Shown one piece after another: positions 1 to 13,223 of a stretch of 64,000 bases of DNA. How positions within the stretch are numbered: the stretch's first letter is position 1; every line of letters begins with the position of its first letter. Both the position numbers and the translations under genes were made by a program. The stretch covers positions 9,388,556-9,452,555 of the forward strand of contig NW_002060944.1 of the NCBI RefSeq assembly GCF_000150275.1, read 5' to 3'. The stretch comes from Trichoplax adhaerens. Lineage: Eukaryota > Animalia > Placozoa. Under the pieces are notes generated by a model. It did not search any database. It worked only from the letters and a program-made list of their open reading frames with translations, and was not told the DNA's origin.

Positions 1-309
1 TTGCCATTTCCGTCTTATTTTCTATTTTCCTCAATAAATCTCCTAATGTGGCTTCAAGCGTCACGTCATAAAATTCCAAAGTTTCAAATTCATAACAAAA
101 AGTCTAAATCTCAAAAATCAACTCTTACGATATTTTTCACAAATAAAAGTCCAAAAATTAAAAAAGAAAAATTACAATTCAGATATAAATTAAAAACAAA
201 CCCGACCGGTTCCAAAACAGGAAAATTATATCGGACACAAACCCGACCGGTCCCAGAATCCGAAAACTATATCGGACACAAATCCGGAAAAATTCGGTTT
301 TTATAAAGA
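1..309 (-). mobile_element. Probable Helitron-like element 5' end (continues beyond window start)
   Basis: Minus strand reads A|TCTTTATAAAAAACCGAA at 310/309 (TC start after A). Subterminal repeats AAACCCGACCGG (x2) and TATATCGGACACAAA (x2) lie at ~198-285. It truncates an LTR-like fragment. Confidence 0.35.
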
Positions 310-310
310 T

Positions 311-764
311 CGCAGTAATCGCTTATCAAAAAAATTTATATGACTATTACAACTACTTTTCTGATATTAGTATCGCTTAGTATTCGCGAGTACTGACAGT
401 TGATGTTTTAGCGTCAGATTGTACTGTAACTGTACGATTATAGACTACATTACAGTACTATATCGTCATGTTATAAATCCCCTTTCTCTAAGGATAGGGT
501 TTTACTACTAAGCCAAATTCCTTTACAATTTGAATAGACGATCAAACGCCCTTTCTTTAGATTAGGCATTTGCTCTATAGGGCTACTTCTATAGTAATCT
601 ATATAATACCTTGTAAAATAATGAAAAAGAAAAGATGGCGACATGATGATTTGGCAGGGTAAAACTTAAAGACACTATCACTTTCTAGGTATTTTCTATA
701 GTAAAATAATACTAATTACATACTAAAAACTACAAAGGACTCTACTTTTTAGTCCTTTACTACA
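311..764. mobile_element. Truncated LTR-like fragment
   Basis: Ends ...GTCCTTTACTACA at 764, then paralogous spacer sequence (CAAATATGCG) resumes. The reverse complement of this end (TGTAGTAAAGGACTAAAA) recurs at ~6489 and ~8296. Confidence 0.4.
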
Positions 765-1462
765 CAAATATGCGAAATCGATGCTTAATTTCGTAAAAGA
801 TTTCATTTTTAAAGTATGTATGACTAAATATAATGAATAATTATCACACAATTAACGATATTTCAAAATAGTATAAAAATTATTAAGATGCTACTAAAGA
901 ACGAAGAACTACTGAGGTAGTTTATATTTGCCATAGTAATTAAGCAAATTATCAAAACGAATAATAACGAATCTATATGACAGAATAAGTTACGACTTAA
1001 CTTTTTTTATTCAAACATTTTGATGTTGCTTAGACCCGTACATAAATATATCGCTATGATAGGGAATGAAATTCTGCCTATCTTAAAGCTTCTATAGTCA
1101 GTTATTTCATTTAAATACCAAAGCGCATTCCTCATCATGGAGTAACGATCAAGAACTGACATCGCAATCATTTTATGAACTTGTAACAAATGGTTTTCCA
1201 TATTAATAACTAATACACATTTGCGGATTTGTTATAAATATTAATTATTAGTAGTGAAAGAACTAGTAACATTACCATATATTTTACAGCAATCTGACGA
1301 AAGTAAACCTATGATTAAAGTCATTTCTAAATTTCTAGCCAAGACTTATGTAACTTTGCGCTATGAAATATTAAAATTTATCCAACTATAAGCAAATCAT
1401 AGCATTACTAGTCGCACTAACACTTAAAATTAAACAATTTTTAAAAGATACGTCTATTCGTC

Positions 1463-1830
1463 AGTTACGAAGCGAGATTTTTATTAGTTATGCTGATATA
1501 GTTTCTATATTATAAGCCCACTATAACAGTGCAGTCACTTAGGCATCAATTTGTAGTATGCAAGTCCATAGAAGTTGTAGATAAACTAGCTGCCTGATAT
1601 GTTATTATTTATTGTAACGTAATTATCGGCTGTTATCTTATTTGTAAGAATATTGTCGCATTCTTTGGTATTTTTAATATGCCGTTAGTAAACTGTTAGC
1701 TTTGTTCGACTATATAGCGATATAGTCAGAATAATAAAGTTTAGTTCAATACTCTAGCTCTACTGAACTCGTCTGGAGATTTATAGTAAATCTTCCTTGT
1801 TGAAAGTAGAAGAGTTTCAAAAACGTAACA
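1463..1830. mobile_element. Solo-LTR-like insertion (368 bp)
   Basis: Termini [A]GTTACG...CGTAACA; 5-bp TSD TCGTC (1458-1462/1831-1835); empty site TATTCGTCTATTT at ~18121. Confidence 0.75.
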
Positions 1831-2150
1831 TCGTCTATTTAAGTTTAATCTATAAATCTACTATCAATAAAATAGCCGTATAAACTTAATAGGACTCTTA
1901 CTTATCACACATGGGTTTTAAACTGTAACCTTAAACTTATTCGAATCCGATTATATTTTATTGTTAACTTATACTTAGATTAATTATAGTAGCTTGCTGA
2001 AATTGTATAACTCAGTTTACTTTCGAAATATCTAAGCATGTGGATAATAATTTCATTACAAAAAACAATCCATATTTTATTAATTACGTAATGATGAATA
2101 TACGTGAATAAATAATACAGCAGGCAAGTACGTTGGAAGCGTTAAGACTA

Positions 2151-3862
2151 TTAAATCTCTACAATTACAATATTTTCTTGTTAGCTAGATTTTGCTTTGC
2201 TAGAAGCACACTAGGTTCAATTTTAAGATGGAGGCAATCTGATATCGGAGTTCGACAATGTAGCCGACTTCTAATATTTGAAATCGAAAGATTAGGTGAA
2301 TCACTGGAGTAGGAGCTACATTAGAATAATGAAGTATACTAATTATTTTCTGAAATTTAGATATTTGGGTAGGTGTTCCATTTAAGCAACTAATAGCTCC
2401 AGAAGTCGAAAGGACATAAAATGCAAATATATTTGTAGAGGTTATAAGAATGAGCAATATTTGAAATCGCCTTTCAAAAGCAGACGATAATTGAAATCTA
2501 AATCTTAACCTTGACTTTCTTAGTTTGATTATTATCATCATATTGTTACAAATCTCCTTTGTAACAAGAAATCGGGTCTTAAACACTATCTTTACTAGTG
2601 CTCGTGTTCCCAACTAAATTAGGGACCTATCGTAGTTGAACTAACTCTCAGCTACATAAATAAGCTACCAATGAGTAATAGGTTTAAATACTTCACTTTA
2701 TGTTTCGTTAAACTTAGTCATAAAATGTACGAGAGAAAAACGTAATATTTTTAGTAATAATAGTCAAAAGATCCTGCAAGTGACTAACTGGAACTGAGTA
2801 GCTAAGCTAGTGCTCGGCTTTTTATAGTCTCGGCCAACGCCGATGGTGCACTTGTGAATATTCTTGACATAGCGACTTACACAGTACAGTATACATATCC
2901 TAGTATTGCAACTAGAGCCTCAAGGCTCAGCAAAGTAATTTGCACCTTACACTTAAGATGTTATTAATTAACGTTTACTGACTAAGCGTGTTAGCTCCGA
3001 CACGTCAACAATACTGAACTTTCTGATACCTTAGCAATAACAAGTACTTAATAATAAATATTAATATCTAATAAGCTACTGGAGCAAACAATAATTTAAA
3101 TCAGATATTTTAATTAACATAGCAATTAATATTTCGGAGCACGGCTACGTAACACATAAATAAGACGGTTGTAGTAGAATAGGCGAGAATAATGTAACTA
3201 AACACGCTAAATGCCCTTATCGTATGATTTGGCGTTAAATAATATTCGCCAAGATATAAATTACGATAAAACTCAAAATAGTACGCGGACCTAAGATGAT
3301 AATAATATAAATCAAAGGTAGCATTTCCTACAGCTGCAGCAACTCCTAATATCCCTAATATTGCAGTTATAATTTTGGCTCTTTTTATAGTCAATCTCCA
3401 ATTGCTACGCGGATAAACAGTTAGCACAAAGTGATCGACCCCGATACATAAAGTAAATGTTGTTGCCATCTATAAACTTATGCTTGCTACAAAATATACT
3501 ACGCCGCATGTCACGCTTACTGACTATAGATTCTTTATTAACGAAAAACTAGCACTTGAGCCGTAGATATGTCGATAGTAGTGAGTGTAATAAGAGTCTG
3601 ATATGACGACTATAAATATATAAATAGAACCCATAAGATCGCAAAGAATTAAGTTCAGTAACAACCATACCGAAGGATTCTTAATAATAACCGTTGAATG
3701 ACGATTATATTCTTTCATTCTTACTGAGAATTTATAAATAAGTGATTCCCATACGACATAACTGATAAGAAATAGATTTAACGGTAATCCTATGATAGAC
3801 CATGGTATCAGACGTATCGAGTCAAGCTCAAGAAACACAGAATATCGGCTAAAATTATCCAT
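2151..3862 (-). pseudogene. GPCR array copy 1, pseudogene (LGR-like 7TM, no ectodomain)
   Basis: ORF fragments 3524-3883, 3110-3469 and 2200-2613 align to the intact paralogs. Frameshifts, plus a 611-bp LTR insertion at the end of TM5. Confidence 0.9.
2544..3154. mobile_element. Solo-LTR-like insertion disrupting GPCR copy 1 (611 bp)
   Basis: Termini TGTTAC...GTAACA; TSD CATAT/CATAA (one mismatch). Removing it restores codon-for-codon alignment with paralogs. Confidence 0.85.
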
Positions 3863-4844
3863 AAAGTCGTCTATTTCGATCAATATATTGTTCTATATAG
3901 GGTGTAATGAATAATGTAGAGCAAGTTGTAGAATAAAATATTACGTATGCATGATTTTAATCGTAAATATTAGTCTTACTTATAATAAATAATGTATGGT
4001 TAGATATAGAATAAAAGACTGCCAATATGTGATCTTAATCGTTAAAAATGAGTCTTATTGAGAACGATTGAATAAATGCTAATAGCTATATTATGATTTA
4101 GAATTAACGACGAGATTTATAAAAATTTAACTGTTAAAATTCTAATCAAAATGTGGCACTTTAATATTATATTTTGCTAGTAGAAAGGAAACGGGAAATA
4201 AACTGCTAGATTAGATTAAATGTCAGGATACAGGGTTCGGATGATAATAAATATGTTAACATTTAATACGAGATAGAAGTAATTCCAAAATTCAACTTTA
4301 TCATTTCTGGGAGTCGTTACTTAAGTTATAAACTAACATCCATAATGTAGCTAATAGAAAGGAAAATTAATCATTGAGTTTTTTTGAGCTGAAATAGAGA
4401 TATTGACGATAATAATAACAACAATAAAATTAAGATAAATGTGATGAAGGGTTCGAAGAATCAGCAGCTACGGATTTAATAGCCATTCACTGAAACTATG
4501 CAAGGGATTTTAATAAAGGTGATGGAGGTACAATGCAGTAGTTACGGTAGATCAGTATATAAGCTATCGTGAAGTGGTAACGTGAGGAAGTACTACTAAT
4601 ACGAATAGTGTAACTGAACAAATCTGAGTAGAAATCATCAGTATTTATAGNNNNNNNNNNNNNNNNNNNNNNNNNNNNNNNNNNNNNNNNNNNNNNNNNN
4701 CACTTTATATTTCTGGGAGTCGTTACTTAAGTTATAAACTAACATCCATAATGTAGCTAATAGAAAGGAAAATTAATCATTCAATTTTTTTGAGCTGAAA
4801 ATAGAGATATTGACGATAATAATAACAATAAAATTTAAGATAAA

Positions 4845-5327
4845 TGTGATGAAGGGTTCGAAGAATCAGCGGCTACGGACTTGGAAGGTCATTCACAGAA
4901 AATATGCAAGGGATTTTAATAAAGGTGAATACCTTATTTTAGATAGTGATGGAGGTAAAATGCGGTAGTTACGGTAGATCAGTGTATAAGCTATCGTGAA
5001 GTAGTAACGTGAGGAAGTACTACTACTACGAATAGTGTAATTGAACAATCTGAGGTAGAAATCATCAGTATTTATAGTTTTAGAGAGATAACACATGCAG
5101 AGAACGGTATTGTAGAATTAAATACATCATATACCACAAACAGGCTATATAAAAGTAAATGATTGTAGGAAATACCGAAGACTGTAGGTGCTATAGATAA
5201 CTAAACATGACATGCTATATTTGAGCATAGTTAAAATAGACTGTAGAGGTATCTATATTCGGAACATAACAAAATGTCTTTATTTACGAACATGTCTAAA
5301 AACTACAGTGAAACTAAACACACTACA
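4845..5327. mobile_element. Solo-LTR-like insertion (483 bp), same family as 6866-7835 in opposite orientation; partial duplicate at 4440-4650 before the gap
   Basis: Termini TGTGATG...CACTACA; TSD ATAAA (4840-4844/5328-5332); empty site in paralogous spacers (~12160, ~20050). Confidence 0.85.
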
Positions 5328-6865
5328 ATAAACTATCGTAGCTTGATTTGTCGCTCATTCCTAACTTTTTGATGTATAGCTTTTACTTGTTAAGTTGTTG
5401 ATCGCAAAATCTAATTTAATACCCAGAATGAAATAAAATTAGATTTTGTAGAAGAGACAGTTCTTGAATAAGTTTCGTTGTAGCTAAGATTTTTCTATAG
5501 GATGAACAATATCTGATAAATAAAGTGAATTCAGTAAATCCGCTATATTTGATTTTTTATTTTCGTAAACGGTTAATATAGCGATTACTTTATAAATGAT
5601 ACCTAACATATGGTTAAATTCTTCTAATCTAATCTAGCACAATATTTAATAAGAGACTACGAGGTCAATATTACAATCCATGTCATTCATTATATAATTA
5701 TAAATGTGTATTGAAAAGTAAAATACATAATAGCCAGAATGTTTATCACTAAATGAAATTTAATTTCCTTTGTATTTGGCTATAGTCATCTTTTATTTTA
5801 CTCGTTTTCTTTGTGATTTTACTTAATAGCTATCTTTGCGGATATTTTCTAAACATTATTTCCATGCAGTGTTTTATCTTTTATTATAAAATAGGAGGAT
5901 ATTATATACTAGCAAGGTTATTACACGAGCCTATTTCTAACTAATGTAATGAATACTTGTTTTTATAAATCTATTTTTAAAGAATGGATTATAAGTAGAG
6001 TGAATAAAACGGTAATCCTTCGACAACAAATAGGAAATTTTTTTGCATTGCTATTAAAATTCAGCTAACTTAAAAATATCTCTGCATTGTCACCAAAGTA
6101 ATAATAATCTATTATATTTGTCAGAGATTAGTAGTCAAGTACGAATCAAGTTTTTACCAAGTTATTCTAAGGCGCTTATGGTTATATCGGTTCAACTTTA
6201 GCTTACTTAAAAATAAAGTAGAGTGCAGTAGAATATCATGATATCAAAGCTTCTCCATAAATCAAACTTTTACGGCAATAAAGTACTTACGTCGGAATCT
6301 ACGGATTATATTTTCATTACTGACAGTAATTTTTAGTAGAAATATACCTACAGTGAAAGAAAAAATTCTTTCACAGCTTTAAGATATGGCTTGACTGTAA
6401 CGTAGTCCACACATCCAAAATTGGGGATTGTTACGAGTAAGTTAGCAGCTACCCATTTTCTAAGAGAGATTATATGATTATTTGTTACTGTAGTAAAGGA
6501 CTAAAAGCGGAGTCCTTTATGGGTAAATAAAATGATAATCTTTCGATAATCAATAAGAAAATACTGTTACGGTTTTTCTAAAACTCGACTAATTTAAAAA
6601 TATCTCTGTCTGTATTATTAACAATTTATCACTAAAGTAATAATAACCTTGTATTATGTTGTCGAGTCATAGTAGTTAAGTAAAAATTAGATTTCTACCA
6701 AGTTAATCCAAGAGGTTTAATATTATACTAGTTGAACTTTAGCTTACTTAAAATAACGTAGAATGCAATAGAGTATCATGATATCAAAGTATCTCCACAA
6801 ATCGAAATATTACGACAATAGAGTGTCGTAATTATTTCGGAATCTACAGATTATGGTTTCATTAA

Positions 6866-7835
6866 TGTAGTGTATTTAGAATATACTGTAACTATATTAT
6901 ACTCTTAAATATAGACATGTTGTATTGCTCTTTGTCACAACCGAGATTGTAACACAAGAATTAAACGGGATTCTTTCCTCTAAAGTAGACTTAACTATCT
7001 AAGCAACTAACTCTAAGCACTCTTTAATCAACCAAACTTAGATTCGAGTCTTAGACGATAGATTACTCACGTTAAGGATCAAAACTTTATTCTAGAAGCT
7101 ATTTTATTAAAATGTCCGATTGAACGCACAACTTACAATTACGACTAGCAACTGATAACCATCTGTCATCGACTAACGTAACTAACTCTCAATTAAGAAC
7201 TTTGAGACTTTATATATCCTCACCAACTTCGTTGGTGCAAAAACAGTAATTAATTAATAACCCAGTCTACATACTTATTATAGCCAGAATCACAACACAC
7301 TTTCTATGACATTTAATATTAGTTAATTAGTAGCTAGGTGTCAACATATGATTCATCACACAACAAAATTATAATATTGATGATGCATTAATTAATGAAT
7401 GTCACACTCTTATATTTAGACAGATCTACAGTCCGCTTACTCTACATTCATATATAGACTACTGTATTTAGTTATTACGGTACTCGCTGTTTTCTATAAT
7501 CATCTGCTATTTTGTAACCTGTTATGGTAGATATTGTATCTAATTCCACAATCCTATTCTCTGCATGTGCTCTATCTTTAAAACTATAAATAACGCCGAT
7601 TTCTACCTCAGAGTTCTTTAGCCTCTCAGTTAGTCTTCTAGTTAGTCTCTCACAGTCTAATACTTCTACTCGTTACTCACGACAGCTTGCACGCTGATCT
7701 ACGGTGACAACCTTACTGTACTTCACTTCACATTACTAACCTGCAATAAAGCATAACTTTTATAAACCCTTTGGTGTAATAATTGTAAATGGCGACTAAA
7801 TCTCAATCCTCTGAGATATTGAACCCTCCATCACA
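6866..7835. mobile_element. Solo-LTR-like insertion carrying a nested LTR
   Basis: Termini TGTAGTG...CATCACA; TSD ATTAA (6861-6865/7836-7840); empty site at ~8660. Confidence 0.85.
6933..7406. mobile_element. Nested solo-LTR-like insertion (474 bp)
   Basis: Termini TGTCACA...GTCACA; TSD CTCTT (6928-6932/7407-7411). Confidence 0.8.
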
Positions 7836-10574
7836 ATTAATGATAATAATAATGTAATAAAGAAAGATATTTATAATGAAAGAAAAATTCTTTCATAGTT
7901 TTAAGATAGAATGTTACTGTAATGTAGTCGATGTATCCAAAATTTGGAACTAGTACAAGTGCGACGTAAGTTAGCAGTCATTTACTTTCTGAGCGAGCTA
8001 TGATAAGTTATTACGTCTGAATTTTTATTAGTAAAAACAGCTATAGCTTATCGATATAATTGCTTTCAAATTTATAGATTCTGACACTTGATAATTTTNN
8101 NNNNNNNNNNNNNNNNNNNNNNNNNNNNNNNNNNNNNNNNNNNNNNNNAATATGCCTACAGTGAAAGAAAAAATTCTTTCACAGCTTTAAGATATGGCTT
8201 GACTGTAACGTAGTCGACACATCCAAAATTTGGGATTGTTACGAGTAAGTTAGCAGCTACCCATTTTCTAAGAGAGGATATATGATAATTTGTTACTGTA
8301 GTAAAGGACTAAAAGCGAAGTCCTTTATGGGTGAATAAAATGGTAATCTTTCGATAATCAATAAGAAAATACTTTTGCAGTTTTTCTAAAACTCAGCTAA
8401 CTTAAAAATATCTCTGTCTGTATTATCACTAAAGTAATAATAACCTTGTATTGTGTCGTCGAGTCATAGTAGTTAAGTAAAAATTCGATTTCTACCTAGT
8501 TAATCCAAGAAATTTAATGTTATACTAGTTGAATTTTAGCTTACTTAAAATAACGTAGAATGCACTAGAGTATCACGATATCAAAGTATCTCCACAAATC
8601 GAAATATTACGACAATAGAGTGTCGTACTTATCTCGGAATCTACAGATTATGGTTTCATTAATGATAATAATAATGTATTAAAGAAAGATATTTATAATG
8701 AAAGAAAAATTCTTTCATAGTTTTAAGATAGAATATTACTGTAATGTAGTCGATACATCCAAAACTTGGAATTAGTACAAGTGCGACGTAAGTTAGCAAC
8801 CATTTACTTTCTGAGAGAAGAGCTGTGATAAGTTATTACGTCTGAATTTCTATTAGTAAAAGCAGCTATAGCTTATCGATATTATTCATTTGTTGGACTA
8901 TGTCTAGTCTTTAATCAATATACTGACGCAACGTAACACATAGATTCCTGTAAATAAAAATACCTTTTATTTATGAGCTCGACCTTACATACTAGCTCAC
9001 TTACAGCTTATTTGGTACATTTGATAACACATAATGCCTGATATTTACGCTTATCTATATGCGTAATGCTGCACCACATTACCTTAATAATTTCAATCAT
9101 CTGGTAACTACTGTACTGTACTGTACTTTAGCGTAATGAATATTTTGGCAGCTACACGTAACATTATATTGCAAAATGTGTATACTCCTATTCTCTGAGA
9201 TAGAGTTTGCTGGTTCCTTTAGACACTTATAAATGTTTATCTAAGTTACCGGTATAATTTACTTATAACACGATCTCATTAGTCATCTTTTACAATGTCA
9301 CACAAGTCTACTTCGCTAGACTGCTACTTTTCTACTTCACATAAAGTCCTCGTTATATACTTGATATTTTAGAATTTTAACTTAATACTTTTTTAATCTG
9401 TGTTAGCGTTACTTCTCTCTAGTTTGTTCCTTATTTTAAATTTATCACAACAGGCAAATATGCGATATTGATGATTGAATTTTGTGAAAGTCTCAATTTA
9501 AAGTATACAAAACTAGATATAATGAATAATTATGGGTATAAATTTTCTAAATAGTATAATAACTATTTCGATGTTACTAAAGAACGAAAAACTATTTCAG
9601 TATTTTGTATCTCTCTTATTTATTAAACTAATTATCCAGATGAACAATGATGTGTTAGCGTGATAGATGCAATAAAAGATGAGAATCATATTACTTTACA
9701 AAAAAAACATAGAGAAAGATAGTATTCTTACTTTATCTTACTCTGTCAACGTTAGGTATCGCTATTTTTTCTTCTTCGCTTTCTCGTGAGGTTTGATATA
9801 AATTACTGTACTATAGAAATTATTTATAAAGTCTACCATGGAAAACTTGAATATACACTTTTCAATAATTGTACTATAAGCTTTCAAGTTTATACACTCT
9901 GACACTTGATCATTTTTGATAAACTATAACATAGTGTACGAGTTCTGTACCCTTAAATAGGTAGTTTAGTCAACATGCTTTTGGCAGCTGCCTAATCTTA
10001 AGAAATAGCGATAGACCTTAGACCTACATCTGTCAATATTACGGCAATCTATCTTTAAGATCCGGCGTTTGATAGAATTAAGTATGTTAACATCGTTTTG
10101 TAATTTCTAGCCACGACTCGGGCAACTTTGTATTGCAAGAATATTAAAAATTACCCGAAAACAGGTAAATCATAGCGTTAATAGATGCTACTAGATGTAA
10201 CTGTACTTTAACTTTAGTGATTATTAAAAGATACGTCTATTCGCCTGTTTAAGTTTAATCAATACGGTAAATCTACTATCGATAAAATAGCCGTACGAAC
10301 TTAATACGAAGCTTATTTAATATGAAAGGCTTCTAAACTGTACCGTTACACTTATTCGAATCTAATACACTTTATTATTGACTTACACGTATACCTAAAC
10401 TTATTATAGTAAACGTGTTAAAATTGTGTAATTCAGTTTATTTACGAAATATCTTGGCTAGCTAATAATACTTTTATTACAAGAAACAATCCGTATTAGA
10501 TAATCACATAATGTTAGGTGAATAAATAAACAGAAATATCACAGCAGATGAGTACGTTTGAAGTCTTAGTACTA

Positions 10575-11675
10575 TTAAATCTCTGTAACTACGATATTTT
10601 CGTGTATGTTAGATTTCGTTTCGCTAGGAGCAATAGGTTCAACTTTAGGATAGATACAACTTAATATCGTAGATTGACAATGTAGCTGACTTCTAATACC
10701 ATGAAATCGAAAGATTAAGTAAATTATTGGATCAAGAGCTGCATTAGAATAAGGAAGTATACTAATTATTTTCTGAAGTTTCGATGCTTGGTTCGTCGTT
10801 CCATTTAGGTAATCAATAGCTGCAGAGGTCGTAATAAAAAAAAAAGCAAATATATTTGTAGAGGTAATGAGAATAAGCATTACCTGAAATCGTCTTTCAA
10901 AAGTAGACGATAATTGAGATCTAAATAGTAATCTTGACTTTTTTAGTTTATATATTATTATCGTATATAAGACGGCTGTAGCAGAATAGGCGAGAATAAA
11001 GTAACCTAATATGATTGCTGTCCTTATAATATGACTTGGGGTCAAATAATATTCGCCAACACATATGTTACGATAAAACTCAAAATGATACGCGGACCTA
11101 AGATGATAATAAGAGAAATTGAAAAGAGCAGTTCCTACACTTGCAACAACACCTAATATCCATGATATCGTAGTTAAAATTTTAGCTCTTTTTATAGTCA
11201 ATCTCCAATTGCTACGCGGATAGACCGTTAATATGAAGCGATCGACCCCGATACATAAAGTAAATGTTGCTGCCATATATAAATTCATGCTTGCTAGAAA
11301 CTGTGCTACGCCGCATGTTGCACTAACTGACCATTCATTCTTTATTAACGAAAAATTAGCACTTGAACCGTAGATATGTCGATAGTAGTGAGTGTAATAA
11401 GAGTCCGATATAACGAGTATAAACATATAAATTGAACCCATAAGATCGCAAAGAAGTAAGTTAAATAACAGCCATACGGAGGGATTCTTAACAACAACCA
11501 TTGAATGACGATTATATGCTTTCTTTCTTACTGAGAATTTATAGATAAGTGATTCCCATATTGTATAACTGATAAGGAATAGATTTAACGGTAATCCAAT
11601 TAGAGCGATAGACCATGCTATCGGACGTATCGAGTCAAGCTCAAGAAACACAGAATATCGGCTAAAATTATCCAT
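10575..11675 (-). CDS. Class A GPCR, LGR/RXFP-like 7TM without ectodomain (copy 2, 366 aa)
   Basis: Seven hydrophobic segments; TM2 NLLLCDLMG, ECL1 W and TM3 Cys (WSVSATCG), DRF, ECL2 FYRNIC, TM7 LPYSNAALDPIIY. Confidence 0.9.
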   Translation of the reverse strand: MDNFSRYSVFLELDSIRPIAWSIALIGLPLNLFLISYTIWESLIYKFSVRKKAYNRHSMVVVKNPSVWLLFNLLLCDLMGSIYMFILVISDSYYTHYYRHIYGSSANFSLIKNEWSVSATCGVAQFLASMNLYMAATFTLCIGVDRFILTVYPRSNWRLTIKRAKILTTISWILGVVASVGTALFNFSYYHLRSAYHFEFYRNICVGEYYLTPSHIIRTAIILGYFILAYSATAVLYTIIIYKLKKSRLLFRSQLSSTFERRFQVMLILITSTNIFAFFFITTSAAIDYLNGTTNQASKLQKIISILPYSNAALDPIIYLIFRFHGIRSQLHCQSTILSCIYPKVEPIAPSETKSNIHENIVVTEI

Positions 11676-12963
11676 GAAGTCGTCTAATTCGATCGATATA
11701 TAATTCTATTTGTGGTATATGGATAATGTACCAATGTATAATTTAAATTATAAAATTTTAATCTTATTGAGAATGCTAGAATAAACATTCACAAGATATA
11801 CTATGATTTAGGATCAACCACGAGATTTTTATAAAAGTTTTACTGTTTACAGTTGTCAGCAAAATGTGACACTATACAATTAATCATTAGTACAACGGAA
11901 GTAAGAAACGAGCTATCAGATTAGATCAAATGATAGGGCACATGTCATGGATAATAATAAATACGCATAAGTTAACAGTTAACACGAGAGCGAAGTAATT
12001 CCAAATAGCTAGCTTTTTCCTTTCTGGAAGCTGCTATTTAAGTTAATATTTTAGTACGAATAAGCACCTATAATGTTCATAACAGAAAGAATAAAATAAT
12101 CAATAACCGCTTTTAAATCGAAAATGGAGATATTCATAATAATAAATAGGCAATAAAATTAACAAACACTATCTTAGCATGATTTGTCATTGATTTCTAA
12201 CTTTTCGACGTATAACTTTTACTTGCAGTTACTTTGTTGATCGCAAAGCCTAGCTTATTACTCAGAATAAGATAAACTTAGATTTTGTAGGAGAAATGGT
12301 TACTGAAGTAAGTTTTGCTGTAGTTAAGACTTCTTTATGCGACGAACAATATCTGATAAATGAAGCGAATTTGGTAAGTCTGCTATATTTAATTTTTTTT
12401 ATTTTAATAAACGGTGAATACAGCGATTATTTTACAAAAGATGATTAACATAGAGTTAAATACTATCTAATCTAGCACAATGATTAGTATAAGATTATAC
12501 AGAAAATATTACAGTCTATGTCATCCACCATATAATTATTAATGTGTATAGAAAACAAAAATACATAATAGCCTCGAATATTTGTCACAAAATGAATTCT
12601 ATTACCATTATATTTAGTTATAGAGTGTGAAATTTACTAGGATAATCTTTACATAATTTATATTCAAATTTATCAATTATAAGCGTATCCTAAGATTAAA
12701 CCATTTTCTATGAACGCAACACACTAAGCCGTGAATTAGGCATAAACCAATACCGGTACATGAAAAGGAATAAACAAAAGTTCAAAGTCAGCCAAGCAAT
12801 CTTTTACTTTACTCCTTTTCTTTGTGAATTTACTGAATAGCTATTTTTACGGATCTTTCTAAAAATTATTTTCATGCCTTATTTTGCCTATTATTATAAA
12901 CAGAATGATATCATACACTAGCAAGGTTGCTACACGAGCTTATTTCTAACTATTGTGATGAAT

Positions 12964-13223
12964 TGTAGTGAAGCCCCAAATAAGCTTAAGACTAAGATTA
13001 TGGGCGTATTTAAATATGCCCATTGAAGATGTATAGTGTACCCATTACTCTTATTGTACTCACGTACCTTACTGATTTTTACTTTATATACTCATATATT
13101 AGAGTTTTTTAGAGGATTGTGATCAGTGTAACTGTAAATAAATTCAATTCCATTTTATATAATTGCTTTCGTATAATCTCGACCGGCACAATTCGCAGCG
13201 GTCTCCGGGCAGATCCCGGTTAC
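12964..13223. mobile_element. LTR-like element with non-matching flanks (260 bp)
   Basis: Starts TGTAGTG exactly where homology to paralogous spacers breaks, contains AATAAA, ends CCCGGTTACA; no TSD. Confidence 0.5.

Noticed and set aside
1-306. 101-aa K-rich plus-strand ORF
   Set aside because: TTG start at the window edge; it reads through A-rich element repeats.
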